Assembly: GCF_009914755.1 (NCBI RefSeq)
Contig: NC_060926.1
Direction: 5' to 3' (one strand)
DNA: 64,000 nt
Source: the human T2T-CHM13v2.0 reference genome, Homo sapiens
Each line of letters opens with the position of its first letter. Position 1 is the stretch's first letter. Both the position numbers and the translations under genes were made by a program. This document shows, piece by piece, positions 1 to 14,107 of this stretch. The notes beneath the pieces are model-generated. The model was not told the DNA's origin. It made no database searches and saw nothing but the letters and a program-made list of their open reading frames with translations.

Positions 1-102
1 TTCTATTTTCAGACTTTTAAGATGCTCCATATTTTCTTTTTGTTGCTCCATATGTTCCTCAACCATTTTCATTTTGCTTTTATTTTCCTGAGCTTCATCT
101 TC
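1..102 (-). CDS. SMC6: SMC6 coding exon 19 (aa 742-775+, cut by window edge), coiled coil
   Basis: cag|GAAGATGAAGCT acceptor at 103-104; [34 protein letters not shown]. Confidence 0.95.
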
Positions 103-473
103 CTGATAAAATTTAAACAGCATATAAGGTTAATTAAAATACTTTAAGTTTTCAAATAGAAGAAACATAAAAATAATTCTGAGAGAGGAGAAACTATAGG
201 CTATATGCAAATCAGATCAAATACAAATAGAACACTAGAATATTTTTATACTCTTAATGGTAAATTAGGAAGTAGAGGAAAACAAGCTGAAAAATCAGAA
301 GGGATGATATTTAGGAGACAATATTCTGCTTAAGATCATAATCAAAAAGAATGACTTTCATTCTATTCATTTTTTCCAAACTATACAATATATATCTTGT
401 GCCAGAGAATATGTTAGATGCTAAGTAAACAAACATAAATAAGATATTATCCATATGTTTAAGAAATTTAGTT

Positions 474-793
<320 letters not shown>

Positions 794-1546
794 ATTTAGT
801 CTATCAAAAAAAGGAATTAAAGCAGAAAAATAAAAAGCAGAAAGTGAAAAGACTACTAGTAAAAAATGGAGACAAATTCTAATCAGGGTAAAGCTTCACT
901 AGCACTGAGACTTATTCCATTTTGCGCACTGCTGTATTCCTTAGCAGTTAATATGCTTCCTGATACAGAGCAGACACTCGATAAATATTTATTCACTTTA
1001 ACACAACTGTGCCATTTATCTAATTCACTGTTTACTGCAACTCAGAAAAAGCTAAGTGTCATAAACAGATTCCCGAAAAAAAGATTACAGTAAAAAATGT
1101 GTTGAATTAAAATGAAAAATACTGATTTGAAAAAAAGAAAAAAAACAAGACACCAACTAGAACTGACTAAAAGATGATCCTGACATCTGTGCCCATTCAT
1201 ATTGATACTGCTGAACTCTGAGAGTGCCTATGTGAAAAACACTATGCTCAACAGCAGGGTTTGATGGGCCCTTGTTTAGAAATACAATTAAGTTTTGGTA
1301 AAGTTTTTTTCCATGTGATAGGAGACAAAATCAATTATTATGCATGAAAGTTATATATACACAAAACATTAAAAAATATGAAGGCTGTATACCAGGTAGT
1401 TTTTACCTTCTTGGTGAATGGAGACAGCAATCATAAAGAGTAGCTTCAATTAAAAGAACTTTCTAAAAAAGCTGAGTTGATGCCATTAACCTAAATGGTG
1501 GCTTTACCCTTTAATATTACATTTAAATTGAAAAAAAGTATTTTAC

Positions 1547-1627
1547 CAAAGTTGCAATATCTACAGACTGGTGTTCTTCTATGTTCTCAAGTTCCCGAAT
1601 TTCAGAAATATTTTTTCTTATTTTCAT
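1547..1627 (-). CDS. SMC6: SMC6 coding exon 18 (aa 715-741)
   Basis: tag|ATG...TTG|gtaaaa; 81 nt; [27 protein letters not shown]. Confidence 0.95.
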
Positions 1628-1951
1628 CTAAAAGAAAAGTATTTGGATTTTAGTAACATAAAAAAAAAATTAAACCGAAAACCTTGGAAAGGATTCATTA
1701 ATCTACAAAGCTCTATAATGATGATACAGAAGGATTCCATAATTAATGAAAGGGGTACATTAGTATTAAATCAACCAAAGGAAATTACGTATAAATTCTG
1801 CCATATCATTCTTATATACTAATCCATTCCCATGCAAAAGAGATGTAAGTAATCCATCTTAGCATTTTAAATGATGGCACTGTTGAGTCCAACGAGAAAA
1901 ACTTTTCTGAAACATCCAAAGTCTCAAGTTATGGAATGATTATTCTAATCC

Positions 1952-2790
1952 AGTGGTTTTCAAAATATGATCCAAGTAACCTGTGGGGGTTTCTGATATC
2001 CTTCAGATGGTCTGTGAAGCCAAAACTATTTTCATAAAAACAATTAGACATTATTTGCCACTTTTATTAGCATTTTCTCATGAGTATATATAAAGTTTAT
2101 AAATATATGATTTGTAATACCACAACAGACTGAATGCAAAAACTGATATAACTATTTAATTGAATTTTATTAAACTTGGACATCAGATACTTAAAAAATA
2201 TTCCAATCTTCTCACAAAATCTTTTTGGTTTCAAAGCTTTGTTTTTTTAAATAAAAAATATTTCTGTTAACTAAGTTTATTACTATTTTTAAATGAATTG
2301 ATATGGTTTGGCTGTGTCCCTACCCAGATCTCACCTTGAATTTAAGTTCCCATAATCCCATGTGTTGTGGGAGGGACCTGATGGGAGATAATTGAACCAT
2401 GGAGGCAGCTTCCCCCCTACTGTTCTTGTGGTAGTGAGTAAGTCTCATGAGATTTGATGGTTTTATAAGGCGTTTCCCCTTTTGCTTGGCTCTCTTTCTC
2501 TCATGGCTGCCGCCACGTAAGATGTGCCTTTTGCCTTCCGCCATGATTGTGAGGCCTCCCCAACCATGTGAAACTCTCAGTCCATTAAACCTCTTTTTCT
2601 TTATTAATTACCCAGTCTTGGGTATGTCTTTATCAGCAGTGTGAAAACAGACTAATACATGAATTAATAAATATTCTTAAATTTTGTTTTAATTTTTAAA
2701 AATGTAAACGTTGACAGATATACCCACATAAATGAAAGCTCTTTGATGAGTGTAAAGGGGCTTGAGGCCAAAAGGTTTGAGAATTGCTTG
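1952..2790. mobile_element. hAT/Charlie-type DNA transposon relic interrupted by an LTR
   Basis: CAGTGGTTTTCAAA...TTTGAGAATTGCT imperfect terminal inverted repeats; family from memory. Confidence 0.6.
2299..2659 (+). mobile_element. MaLR solo LTR (THE1/MST type)
   Basis: TGATATGGTTTGGCTGTGTCC...ACAGACTAATACA, TG..CA ends, 5-bp TSD TGAAT (2294-8, 2660-4). Confidence 0.9.
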
Positions 2791-2874
2791 GAGTCAATAA
2801 TGGGATCTTAAAATCAACTTCGTAGTAGTAAGTTGAAAAAAACAAAAGAAGGTTTATTATTATTATTTTTTTAC

Positions 2875-3010
2875 CTTTAGTTCTTTATAATGTAGTTGGC
2901 ACCTTTTAAGAAGTTCCTCATTGTGTTTAATATCTTTTTCAAGGGTAGATAAATGTTGCTGAAGATTTAATATCTGGGCCGTCTTATTTTCAACCTCATT
3001 CTCCAAGTCA
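2875..3010 (-). CDS. SMC6: SMC6 coding exon 17 (aa 669-714)
   Basis: aag|T GAC...AAG|gtaaaa; 136 nt; [45 protein letters not shown]. Confidence 0.95.
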
Positions 3011-3239
3011 CTTGATAGGAAAGGAGAAGATAGAAAATACTTTAAATCTTTTTCTCAATATTACAAATACTTTAGACCTTTACAAAGAAAGCCTTATTTA
3101 TAGTAAGTTATGTGCAAAATCCTTTTCAGTTAAACCAGTTCTATAATCCTACCAAGCTATTAATCATGAAAATCTATTGCAGACATTTCAAAAAACATTC
3201 TAAACAGGAATCAAGTTTTACTTATTTCCTTAACAAGTA

Positions 3240-3744
3240 GAGTTGACTCTTGAACAATGCAGGGTTTGAAATATGTGGGTCCACTTATACACAGATTTTC
3301 TTCTGCCTCTGCCGCCCCTGAGACAGTAAGACCAACCACTCCTTTTCCTCAGCTTATTCAATGTGAAGACAATAAGGATAAAGACCTTAATGATGATCTA
3401 CTTTTATTTAATTAATAGTAAATATATTTTCTCTTCCTTATGATTTTAACATACTCTTTTCTGTAGCTAACTGTATTGTAAGAATATATGACATACTGTA
3501 TGGTATCATATACTGTATTTGTAGTATATTGTATAATATACTGTACTGTATATACTGTATTATAAGAATACAGTACATAATACCTATAACATCTAAAATA
3601 TATATTAATCGGCTATTTATATTATCAGTAAGGCTTCCAGTCAACAGTAGGCTATTAAGTTTTTGGGGAGTTAAAAGTTATATAGACTTTGACTGCATTG
3701 GGGGTCAGTGCCCCTAACCTCTGCACTGTTCAAGGGTCAAATAT
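3240..3744. mobile_element. Tigger2-like non-autonomous DNA transposon
   Basis: TIRs GTTGACTCTTGAACA / TGTTCAAGGGTCAA; internal ATACTGTA-rich duplication. Confidence 0.75.
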
Positions 3745-4691
3745 ACTTATGACTTATGTGTGCCAGTATTATGCATAGTGGTAGACAGAAGTAGAAACAG
3801 AATTAAGATGTAACTCCAAAAAAAAAAAACCAGGAAATAAACTATCACATTAAAATGTGAACAGGACACTAGATTATATATCCATAGTACTACAGGAGCA
3901 TAAGAGTTAATCTGGGAGAAGAGATAACTGAATCGTATTCTCTAAATTTTTCATCAGCTGGACCAACTAGGGGAGAAGATAAAAAGAAATACAAAAAGGC
4001 ACAGAGAGTGATTAAAACAGATAAAACTAATAGCTTAATACTTCTGTTGGTGAATAAACGCAACAAATGTGTGAGTAGTGAAGGGGAAGAAGAGGACGAC
4101 AATAAGAAGATATGGAGAATAAATAAAGTACCAGATTCCAAATTCATAAAAATGAGTCTCCATACAGCAGAGTCAACTGGCTTCAGAAGTGATCTTTTCC
4201 TCACTAATCCAAGTATCTGTCTTCCAAAGCTTTGTGCTTGGTGGAAGAGAACTACCTTTGCAGTTAAGAACAACTTTTCCCTGGTCTGGGGGATATTCCC
4301 TGGAGCTGGCCATATTCCACTAAGATGAATATTTCTCCACATTTTAACATCTCTGAAATCTGAAACCATTTTGCAGTTTGTGGTTCAATTAGCATTTATT
4401 TCCTTTTTACTGGTACATAAAATAATAGTATATACAACATTTACTGGTATGTAAAACAACTGTGCTACCTTGCTAGAATTTTTAAATTACAAAAAAAGGC
4501 TCAATAAATGTTAGCTGAATAAATGATAAAAATGTGGAAAGGAAGAGAATAGCGCAATTTCTGATAAAAATGGGGCCAGGTGCAAAAATTTAATATGGGT
4601 CCTCAGGATTTAATAGGAAATATTTATTTTATCATATATAAACCTAAACTTTTATTAACAAATAGTAATTTTGCTAAAAAAAAAAAATTGC

Positions 4692-5300
<609 letters not shown>

Positions 5301-6934
5301 TTGCCAAGTAAACAAACTTCGGAAACTACAGCCTAAGCCAAAAATGAAAATCAACAAAATAAGCAAGACAATATTGTCATTATACAATTTTTCTGAACAT
5401 ATAGAATAAATTTAAGCAATCAATGTAACTTTAATAAAACTAATAAATTTTACAACTTTGTTTTTACTGGGTAAAACTAATTCCTATACATTTTCATATA
5501 GTGTTCCTCCTTAGTTTTTTTTACTGAGTTTTTACATAGAGAACATGTTACCTAATGAAAAATATATTAAGCCTGAGCTGAGTATGTGAGTTGTTTGTGT
5601 GGGATGAATACATCTTTCCTGACAGCCTATCTAAAATAGTATACTCGTCACTCTCTTGCCCCACACTATGCTTTATTTGTCTCCACAGCACTGATCACCA
5701 CCTAACCTAGTATTCATTTATAGTCTATCTTCCCCTAAATTTAAGATCCAGTAGAGAAATTTTGTATATTAATACTTTGTTTCCTGATGTGTCTTGTGCC
5801 TTGATTAGTGCCTGGAGTATTAGATACCCATTAAGTATTTGTTGTTTGAAAGAACAAATAAAAGAATAAAATTTTAAAGAGCATACTTCTGAAGATTAGA
5901 TTAAAATGTTATAGCATTTTAACAATTCAAAAATTCACAGGTAATTTTTTTTATGAACCACGCTGGTAATCATTCTAAGGGTTTGCTTCCACATTATGTA
6001 TACTTTTGTAACTGAAAACTGCATTGAGATAATAAACAAAAGCAAGTGCCAGAACACCAAGGTGCTAGTCATTCAACTTTTTCTATTGCTAATTGTTTTA
6101 CTAAACTTTCCAACATCCATTATGGTTATTTTCCTTTATTCTGCTCTCATAATCACATAAAAATGACTAGAAGAAATCTATTTCAACAAAACTCTCATTT
6201 CCCCTACACATACAAGTCATTTATAATTCTTTTTTTTTTTCCTGCTCAGTTGTCTTAGATATTTCTTTTACTTAAGTCCTAAGTTCTTCTACTGAAGATC
6301 TTCTAAGTCATTAATTCAGGCCCAAACCATCAATTCATCAACTGAATGAATTCAGTTAAGAAATCATGGGGTTGTTTTTTGATACCAAAATTTCTTTTTG
6401 CATGCTCATGAATCTCTTAATAGTTTTTCGTTTAACTTCTCAATTTGTCTATTCTAGTAGCTGTATTTTCCTAGGCATGTGTTCTAATCATGTCAGTTAA
6501 TCTTCTTTCTAGAACTGTGCACCTCAAAGTACCAATCAGGGACATTATAAGGAGCTTGAGCCAGAATGTAAACCAGTCTGCTGTATCCTCTCTGAGACAA
6601 ATAGGCAAAACTAAACAGTGAGCACAGTGATGTAGCTGATTTACATTGAGTCAAGCTCCTATCTCCTTGAGGACAAGTAACAAATAGTGTACAAATGATC
6701 CAGTTGAGGGAATACGTTCTGGATTATCAGTCCTGAATGACGTTGTTAAAGTGATGATGCAAGATAACTGTCAACCTCGAATTCTATGACTAGCTAAGTG
6801 ATGTTTTAAGACCAAGCACTGAGATAGATTACTCACGTCCTCACTGAAACAACCACTAAAAGAGTAATATGAAAGAAAATGAACCCCCAAGGAAGCAGTG
6901 GGAATAATACAGTAAAGCTAAACTTGACTCTAAC

Positions 6935-7095
6935 CTTATTTCAGAATCCACATCTCTGCTTAGGAACTTAGGTCTTGTATTTTCAGATGAATAATAACGT
7001 CCTGCAAAAACTTGATCACCATCAGCAGTAAAAGCTTCTCTACAATTTTTGGGTGGCTTTTGGGACTGCATTACTGCACGAGCTACAGAATTATT
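6935..7095 (-). CDS. SMC6: SMC6 coding exon 16 (aa 616-669), end of hinge region
   Basis: tag|AAT...ATA AG|gttaga; 161 nt; [53 protein letters not shown]. Confidence 0.95.
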
Positions 7096-7695
7096 CTAAA
7101 AGAATAGAAGAAAATAAATTTTTTAAGACGATGTGAAAATTTTTCTGATGTACAGAATTTCAAAATGTTACTCGTCCTTATTATTTTAATATGATTCAAG
7201 TATTCTTTTTAAAACATTCAAATAATTTCATAAAGTTAAATATAAGAATTTTAAAAACTTTCAAGGTTAGAAGAATGAAAACTATTTAAAAAGTCTTAAA
7301 ACAGTTTAGTAAACAATGCTTCATGACAAATTGGTGTATATTTATTTTTAAATTCACATATTGCTATCTATTTAAAAGTTAAAACTATTCTAAGTGCTTT
7401 TTAATGTGAAAATATAGACTTTAGACCAGTTCATAGTAATTATTTTTTCTAAATGACTTTTATACCCTAGAAAAGATATGAATGAATAGCAAATTCCAAT
7501 AAAAGATTAACATACTGAAATATGTAGGGAAAGTCTGGAAATATTTAAGCCCTGGAGGAAGTAAAAGAAGATTAGATTAATTAAGGCCTAATCAACCTCT
7601 CTGGGGACAGACCTTTACAACAACGCTTCATTATTTTTTTTCAAGTACCATTCTAAAATATGAGTAGAACCCACAAATAATTACAATATGAACAT

Positions 7696-7704
7696 ATGTA
7701 TATG

Positions 7705-7736
<32 letters not shown>
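7696..7736. repeat. (TA)n(CA)n microsatellite
   Basis: directly visible. Confidence 0.9.
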
Positions 7737-8348
7737 TTTGAGTTATCTAGACCCTTCTTAGCATCTATCAATGAGAAAAAAGACTTTTGTCTTGATTACA
7801 GATTTGTTTTAAATAACGAGACAATATAAATCACCTTGTCCCTTCTCAGCAAATTTATGCCAACAGAGGAAACAAAATATGGTGATCTAATCTAACAAGC
7901 ACATAAAAACACCTACACAGATAAATAGTAAATATTGATTTATCTAACAGAGTACAAAGTTATATGAAAAAGAAGTCATAAGATATCAAGCAAAATATTT
8001 CATTTAAGTAGAATAATACAGATATCTGTAAGGGCAAATAAAAAATAAATTTGGCAGCCAAACAAAAATGAACAAAAAAAGTTATAGCACCATGCACCAA
8101 AAGAATAATATGCATTTGTGAAATGATTTTATAAAGAACAGCTGAAAGTTATAAAGTTCCATGGGGCAGAAAACGTACAAATCAACCAGTTTCTATATTA
8201 TCCTACAGATTTTCCTATCAGGTAAAAGTACAATAGTGAAACACATCAGCAACTCTATGATAAAAGGGGAATAGGAATTTATATAATTATCTTCAGTTTT
8301 AAAAATTTAACAATAACATCAAATACAGCAAAGATCTGGAGGTCTTAC

Positions 8349-8463
8349 TTTGATTAGTAGCACTGTCTCTATGCCTCTCATGTCAATTAGGCTATTTGCC
8401 ACAACCGCATTATCTATTTCTAAAGCTGTCAGAACTGTTGGAAAGTCTGGATGATAAGCAGCT
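8349..8463 (-). CDS. SMC6: SMC6 coding exon 15 (aa 577-615), hinge
   Basis: tag|A GCT...AAA|gtaaga; 115 nt; [38 protein letters not shown]. Confidence 0.95.
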
Positions 8464-8649
8464 CTAGGAGACAAAAATACAGAAGGATTAACTTAGCAAA
8501 TTTTAATTATAAATATATACATATGAAAATTGTGTATATATATATATATAAGAGTATATATATTTCCATATATATTTGTAATGGGGGAAATTATAAATAA
8601 CAAGACAATATCAAATATCTGGTAACATTTGAAAACATAGCTGTATAGG

Positions 8650-8905
8650 TTTATTTATTTAGCATTTATATAATACTATGTGCTAGGCACTGTTATAAGC
8701 ATGTTACAAATATTAGCTCATTCAATCCTCATAACAACCACATAAGATAAATAGTATTATTCTCTCCACATTTTTTTCAGATAAGGATGCTTCAGAGAGT
8801 TGAGTATGTTCCCCAACGTCATGAAGCTACTTATGTAACTGGGCTAGGATTTAACCCAGGCAGCTCAGCTCTAGAGTCCAGATTCTTAATCAATATGCCC
8901 TGCTG
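8650..8905 (-). mobile_element. MIR
   Basis: TACTATGTGCTAGGCACTGT...TCATTCAATCCTCATAACAACC...GGATTTAACCCAGGCAG MIR core. Confidence 0.75.
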
Positions 8906-9289
8906 CCTACTATAATTAATAATTACAATTTCCTTAAATCTCATACAGTTATCATACATAAGTCAATTATTTAAAATTCATTATAAATAGCTAAACAATC
9001 TTTTCCCTGATATGAGAAAAGAAAAACTGAAGTAAAGTTTATTACCAACACAGAGGAAATATGAAAGAAAAGATATTCTTATGAATTGTAATTTGGGCTC
9101 ATGAAAGAGACAATCTTTCAACTAAAATGTAAACATGTGAGCTATCAATAGCACTGAAAAATGAACATACTAAGAATAGGAGGTACAGGAGCAATGAATG
9201 GCTGAGGAGGAAAAGATGGTGGTAGCATTCTTAGTGCTTTCCTAGTCCTAGAATTCCAAAACAAAGTATCTTTGCATACATGTTTTATA

Positions 9290-10620
9290 CCTATTCATCC
9301 ATTAATTCAACACATATTTAGTGAGCACCTACTCTGTGCCAGGTGCTGTTCCAGAGGATAAAGGGAGCAGTATACAAAACAGACTACACCCTGTTCATGG
9401 AGCTTACATTTTTTTGAAGGAAGACAGAGAATAAAGAAAAAGAAGGGAAGGCAGCTTATGGTGCTTTTTTACACACACAAAAAAAGACGAGAAAAAGCCT
9501 CACTAAGGTAACACTGGGCAGATACCTGAGGAAATGATATAGTCACATAAGTAACCTTAGAAGACCATTTCAGACAGAGGGAAGAGCAATCGCAAAGACC
9601 CTAAAAGGTGTGTCAGAGAAGCAAGGAGACAGATTGCCACAGTAGGCAGATCAGGGAGGGAAGTGTTTCCAGAGACAGGATAAGAAAGATGGTGAGAGGA
9701 CAGATCATCCAGGCCTAGAGGTCACAGTCAGCCCTGTGATAAGGAAAACAGCAAAGTTTAGAGTCCTTTGAGCAGAGGCACAACATGACCTGACTTTACG
9801 TTGGCTGCTGTACTGAGACTGTGGTGCCAAGTAACCAGAAGCAGGGAGATCAGCCTGTGCAATTCTCAAGGGAAACATGATGATGGCGTGAGCCAGTAGA
9901 GTCACCACACAAGTGGTCAGATCTTGGATATATTTCTGAAGTACAGCCAGTAGGATGTGGGGTAGCAGAAAGGAGTCAAGAATGACTCTGCAATAGAGAA
10001 ATGAAGATGGAGAAGATTACTGAAAGTGCAGGTTTTGGGGTGGAAATCGGGAGTATGGCTTTCAGACATGGTAAGTTTGAAATGCTTATTGGGCATCTAA
10101 GTGAAAAATATATATTAAGTATATTATATTATAGAGTTCAGAAGAAAAAGGCAACCTACAAACACAGTTTCAGTCATCAATGTATGATCTGTAAAGCCAT
10201 GCAATCAGATGAGTTCACCTAGGGAGAAGTGCATACCAAGAAGAGTTCTGGAGCACTGGTACAGTCAGCTGTGAGGAGGAAGAAGCAAAAGATACCAAAA
10301 ACGAACACCTAGAGAATTAGGAAAATGAGAAGAGTGAGGTCCTTGGGCCAAGTGAAAAAGTGTTTCAGGAAGAATGAAAGGATCAAGGGCAAATACTGCC
10401 AGTAAGTAAAATTAGTGAAGAGTAATGACTTTGAGTCAATTGAGTTAAGCGAAGTGAGGCTTGCTGATGCCTTGATAAGAGCTGTTTTGGTATGTGGTGA
10501 AATTATAAAGTCTAACTGGAGAAGGTTCAAGAAAGAAGGTAGAAAGAAATTAGAGAAACAGACAACTCCTTTGAGTTTTTCCTGAAAAGGGAAGCAGAGA
10601 AAAGTGACAGTAGCAGGTAA
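9290..10620 (-). mobile_element. L2 fragments
   Basis: ATTCAACACATATTTAGTGAGCACCTACTCTGTGCCAGG L2 3' end followed by purine-rich L2 body. Confidence 0.65.
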
Positions 10621-11340
10621 ATGGCTTTTTAGGACAGAGTTCAGGTGGAAAAAAAACAAGGATAAGAAAGAATAGGGTATGGGTGCTCTAGAAACGTCAG
10701 GCAGTCAATGAAACAAAGTACGGAACAAGGAGATAAAGAAAGGGAGTAGGAGTCTAAGAGGGGAGGACGTGGTAGGCAGTTCTGGTGAAATGTAGACTCT
10801 CGCTAGCCTGTTGAGAGCACAGGTTTTGACACTAGGAAGGAGTCACCATTTTCGGGCAGCCAAAGGCCATCATTACATGAAGCTGTTACTACCAGTTTCC
10901 TCTAAAGCGCCAAGTCACAACTACCTCTTCCTTTTGCTATTCGTCCCTGGGATTTACCTCATACTGGCTTATATTACAATTAATAGTATGTTGAGGGAGG
11001 ATACAATATTAGTCTAGCAGAGCCAAAAGTAGAAAGGAATATAAGTAATGAGATGTTGGTGACAGGGGACAAGGAGAAGATAATAGGACACAGGTTCACA
11101 AACAATGTTAAGCAGAAAGTCTAAACAAAACATACTGACAAAGGAAAAAGTGCACAGAAAATCTAGTCAAGTATAATAGGCCTCACTGGTAAGCGGAGTT
11201 ACAGGACAAAATGATTTTTTTTCATCCTAATTATACTTAAATCATTTGATAAAAAGATGTGATTTCTAAAGTCAAGTAAAAGGAAAAACACCACTAAGTT
11301 AAAATATAGGAAAAAAACATGATTAAAATTTGGTGTATTT

Positions 11341-11632
11341 TTATTTTATTTTTTTGAGACAGGACCTCCCTCTGTCACCTGGAGTGCAGTGGCACGATCA
11401 CAGCCCACTGCAGCCTTGACTTCCAGGGCTCCAGTGATCCTCCCACCTCAGGCTCCTGAGTAGCTGGGACCACAGGCACATAGCACCATGCTCAGTTTAT
11501 TTTTGTATCTTAGGTAGAAACGGCGTTTCACCACATTACCCAGGCTGGTCTTAAATGCCTGGGATCAAATGATCCACGCGATTCGGCCTCCCAAAGTGCT
11601 GGGATTACAGGTGTGAGCCACCGTGACTGGTC
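11341..11632 (-). mobile_element. Alu (J-type)
   Basis: antisense Alu; AAATTTGGTGTATTTT TSD on both sides. Confidence 0.9.
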
Positions 11633-13790
11633 TAAATTTGGTGTATTTTTAATTTCTCCAAATATAAGAAGATATAAAGTGAGAAGTTATAACAGACTAT
11701 GAAGAGAGCTGTGCGGAGCACCAGAAGGAGATGAAGAAAAGCCCATAAAATAGGCTGAGAAACACCTAAAGAGTATGAGAACCAAGAAAATGGTGTCATA
11801 GTAACAAAAGGAATATGAAGTTTGAAGGAAGGTGTATTTAATAGTATCTAATGCTTGAGAGAAGGTAAATATCAACTGGATTCGGCAACAAGGAAATAAC
11901 TGGAGAATGCAATTAACATTTAGAAACCAAGAGTGGTAAGTCTATGAGTGAATGCAGTCTCCCCTAGGAGAGGTGTATTTTTAAAAGAAACGCAAATCAG
12001 AGACCTATCATGTTTAAAACAGAGAGAAAATTTAACAGGAAAGTTTAAGGCTCAGGAGAGGGCTGAAATAATTTTTTTAAATGGTTAATAGAGTCAGGCA
12101 AGAAAGTATGTGATTCAAGGCACAAGTAGACTAGCCTCAGACAGAAAGAATCTCTCTTGAGATGGGGGCAAGATGTACAAATGCAGGCATAATAGCAGGA
12201 GTAGTAGTTTAGTAGCTTCTATGTCCTTCTGAAAAGAAGAAACAAGACCATCTTTACAGGAAAGGAAAGCACATTTTCTGAATACTCCTTACGAGCTAGG
12301 CATCTTCCTAGGTACCTCTGTTAAGGTTATCTAGCGTAAGCCTAAATGACTGAAATGAGTCCTATGTATCTGATGCATTATAATACCCTAATAATATTTT
12401 ACTATTATTTTCCACATTAAAATAATATAGCCAGTTTTTAAATTTAGCATTTGAACCATAATTCATACCGAAAAATTTCTTCAAACACAGAAAAAAATCA
12501 CCCCTTCAAAATGTTTACAAGGCAGGTAAAGTTAACAGAATGTTAGACATACTCAAGACTCTTGTCAATATCCTGTCAACACCCAAAAGGATTAGAATCT
12601 AGTTTCTTCCACAACTCCAACAACTTGTGTTTCAGCTACCTGCTCCTGAAGCCAAAACATGGACTTTGTCATCCCCTAGACCTGTTCCATTCAACTTGAA
12701 TTTCTCACTCTTACCACAACCTCCTATCCTTCCAGACTTATCATGCATTTAAGCATATTCTCTAACTTCACTGAGGTGGGTCTAAACACTTTCTCGTAGG
12801 CCTCTCTTTCTTTAAACTAGTTTGTCAACAAAACACTCAACTGCTTCCCTTTTCCCTTTCTGCAGTACCTACCCACTCTAAAAAACTCTAATGTTTATCT
12901 AACAGTATAGACTCTCCCTCCACTCACATCTCTAAAGAAACATTATTAGTGAAAAATCCTGCAGCCACTAGGCTTTTGTATCTTAAGCAGACTTCGAGTC
13001 AGCTTCCTCTCTCATTCTCCTTGGTAGCCAATCTAAACCCTTAAAGAAGGTACCTCCTAGCAACTCCTGAGGCCCTTGTTCTCAGCACATAAACTCACCT
13101 ACTTCCAAGAAAACTGGCATTATGACACATACACTGGATCCTTTGTCACATGTGTTTCGTGGCTAAGTGATTAGAAGCACAGGCTGGGACACACAATGTG
13201 CCAGCAAGGCAGTGCCAGGCACTCTTCTTCAGAGTCTTTGTGTCAGTTCACAGAGCAGGCCCCACCAGAATGGCCAGGACTATTCTCTTTGGTCCTAAAA
13301 TGACAGTTCAGATTCAAGAAGGACATTCCTCACAACTGATGGCATCCTTCAGCTAGTCACTCTAACCAGAAACCTAGGAGTCATCCTGATTTTTCCTTCT
13401 CTTGCATTCAATTAACAAATTTTATTGATTTTGCCCAAATCTCTGTGCTATCTGTTTCTTCCTATCAAAAATGCAAATGCTATTTTTTGCAGAATAACTC
13501 CCAATGTCATGCTTCCACGCATTTTGCACACAGAATTCTATTTGCCTACAAGGCAATTAACTTTTTCTATCACTTGACAAACTCATCAGTTAAAAGACTG
13601 ATGATTTCTCAACTCCTCTCTGAATTCTTCCTTGATCTACCTATTAACATGAGTTAATTACACACACTAATTTACCAAATATGAGAGACATAGCACTAGA
13701 CTTAATTAAAAAGAAGGTTTATTTTAAAAAGTGGAGATGGGAGAGAAAAGAAATTTTAAAATGTCATCTGGGAATAGATATATACATTCA

Positions 13791-14107
13791 TTTTTTGTTT
13801 TTTTTGTTTTTTTTTTTTTGAGACACAGTCTCATTCTTCACCCAAGCTGGAGTGCAGTGGCATGACCTTGGCTCGCTGTATCACTACAACCTCCACCTCC
13901 TAGGCTCAAGCGATTCTCCCACCTCAGCCTTCCAAGTAGCTGGGACCACAGGCACACACGACCAAGCTTGGCTATTTTTTTGTATTTTTGGTAGACAGGT
14001 CTCCCCAAGTTGCCCAGGCTCGTCTTGAACTCCTGAGCTCAAGCAATCTGCCCGCCTTGGCCTACCAAAGTGCTGGGATTACAGGCATGAGCCCCTGTGC
14101 CTGGCCT
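13791..14107 (-). mobile_element. Alu (J-type)
   Basis: antisense Alu; TACATTCATTTTT TSD. Confidence 0.9.
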
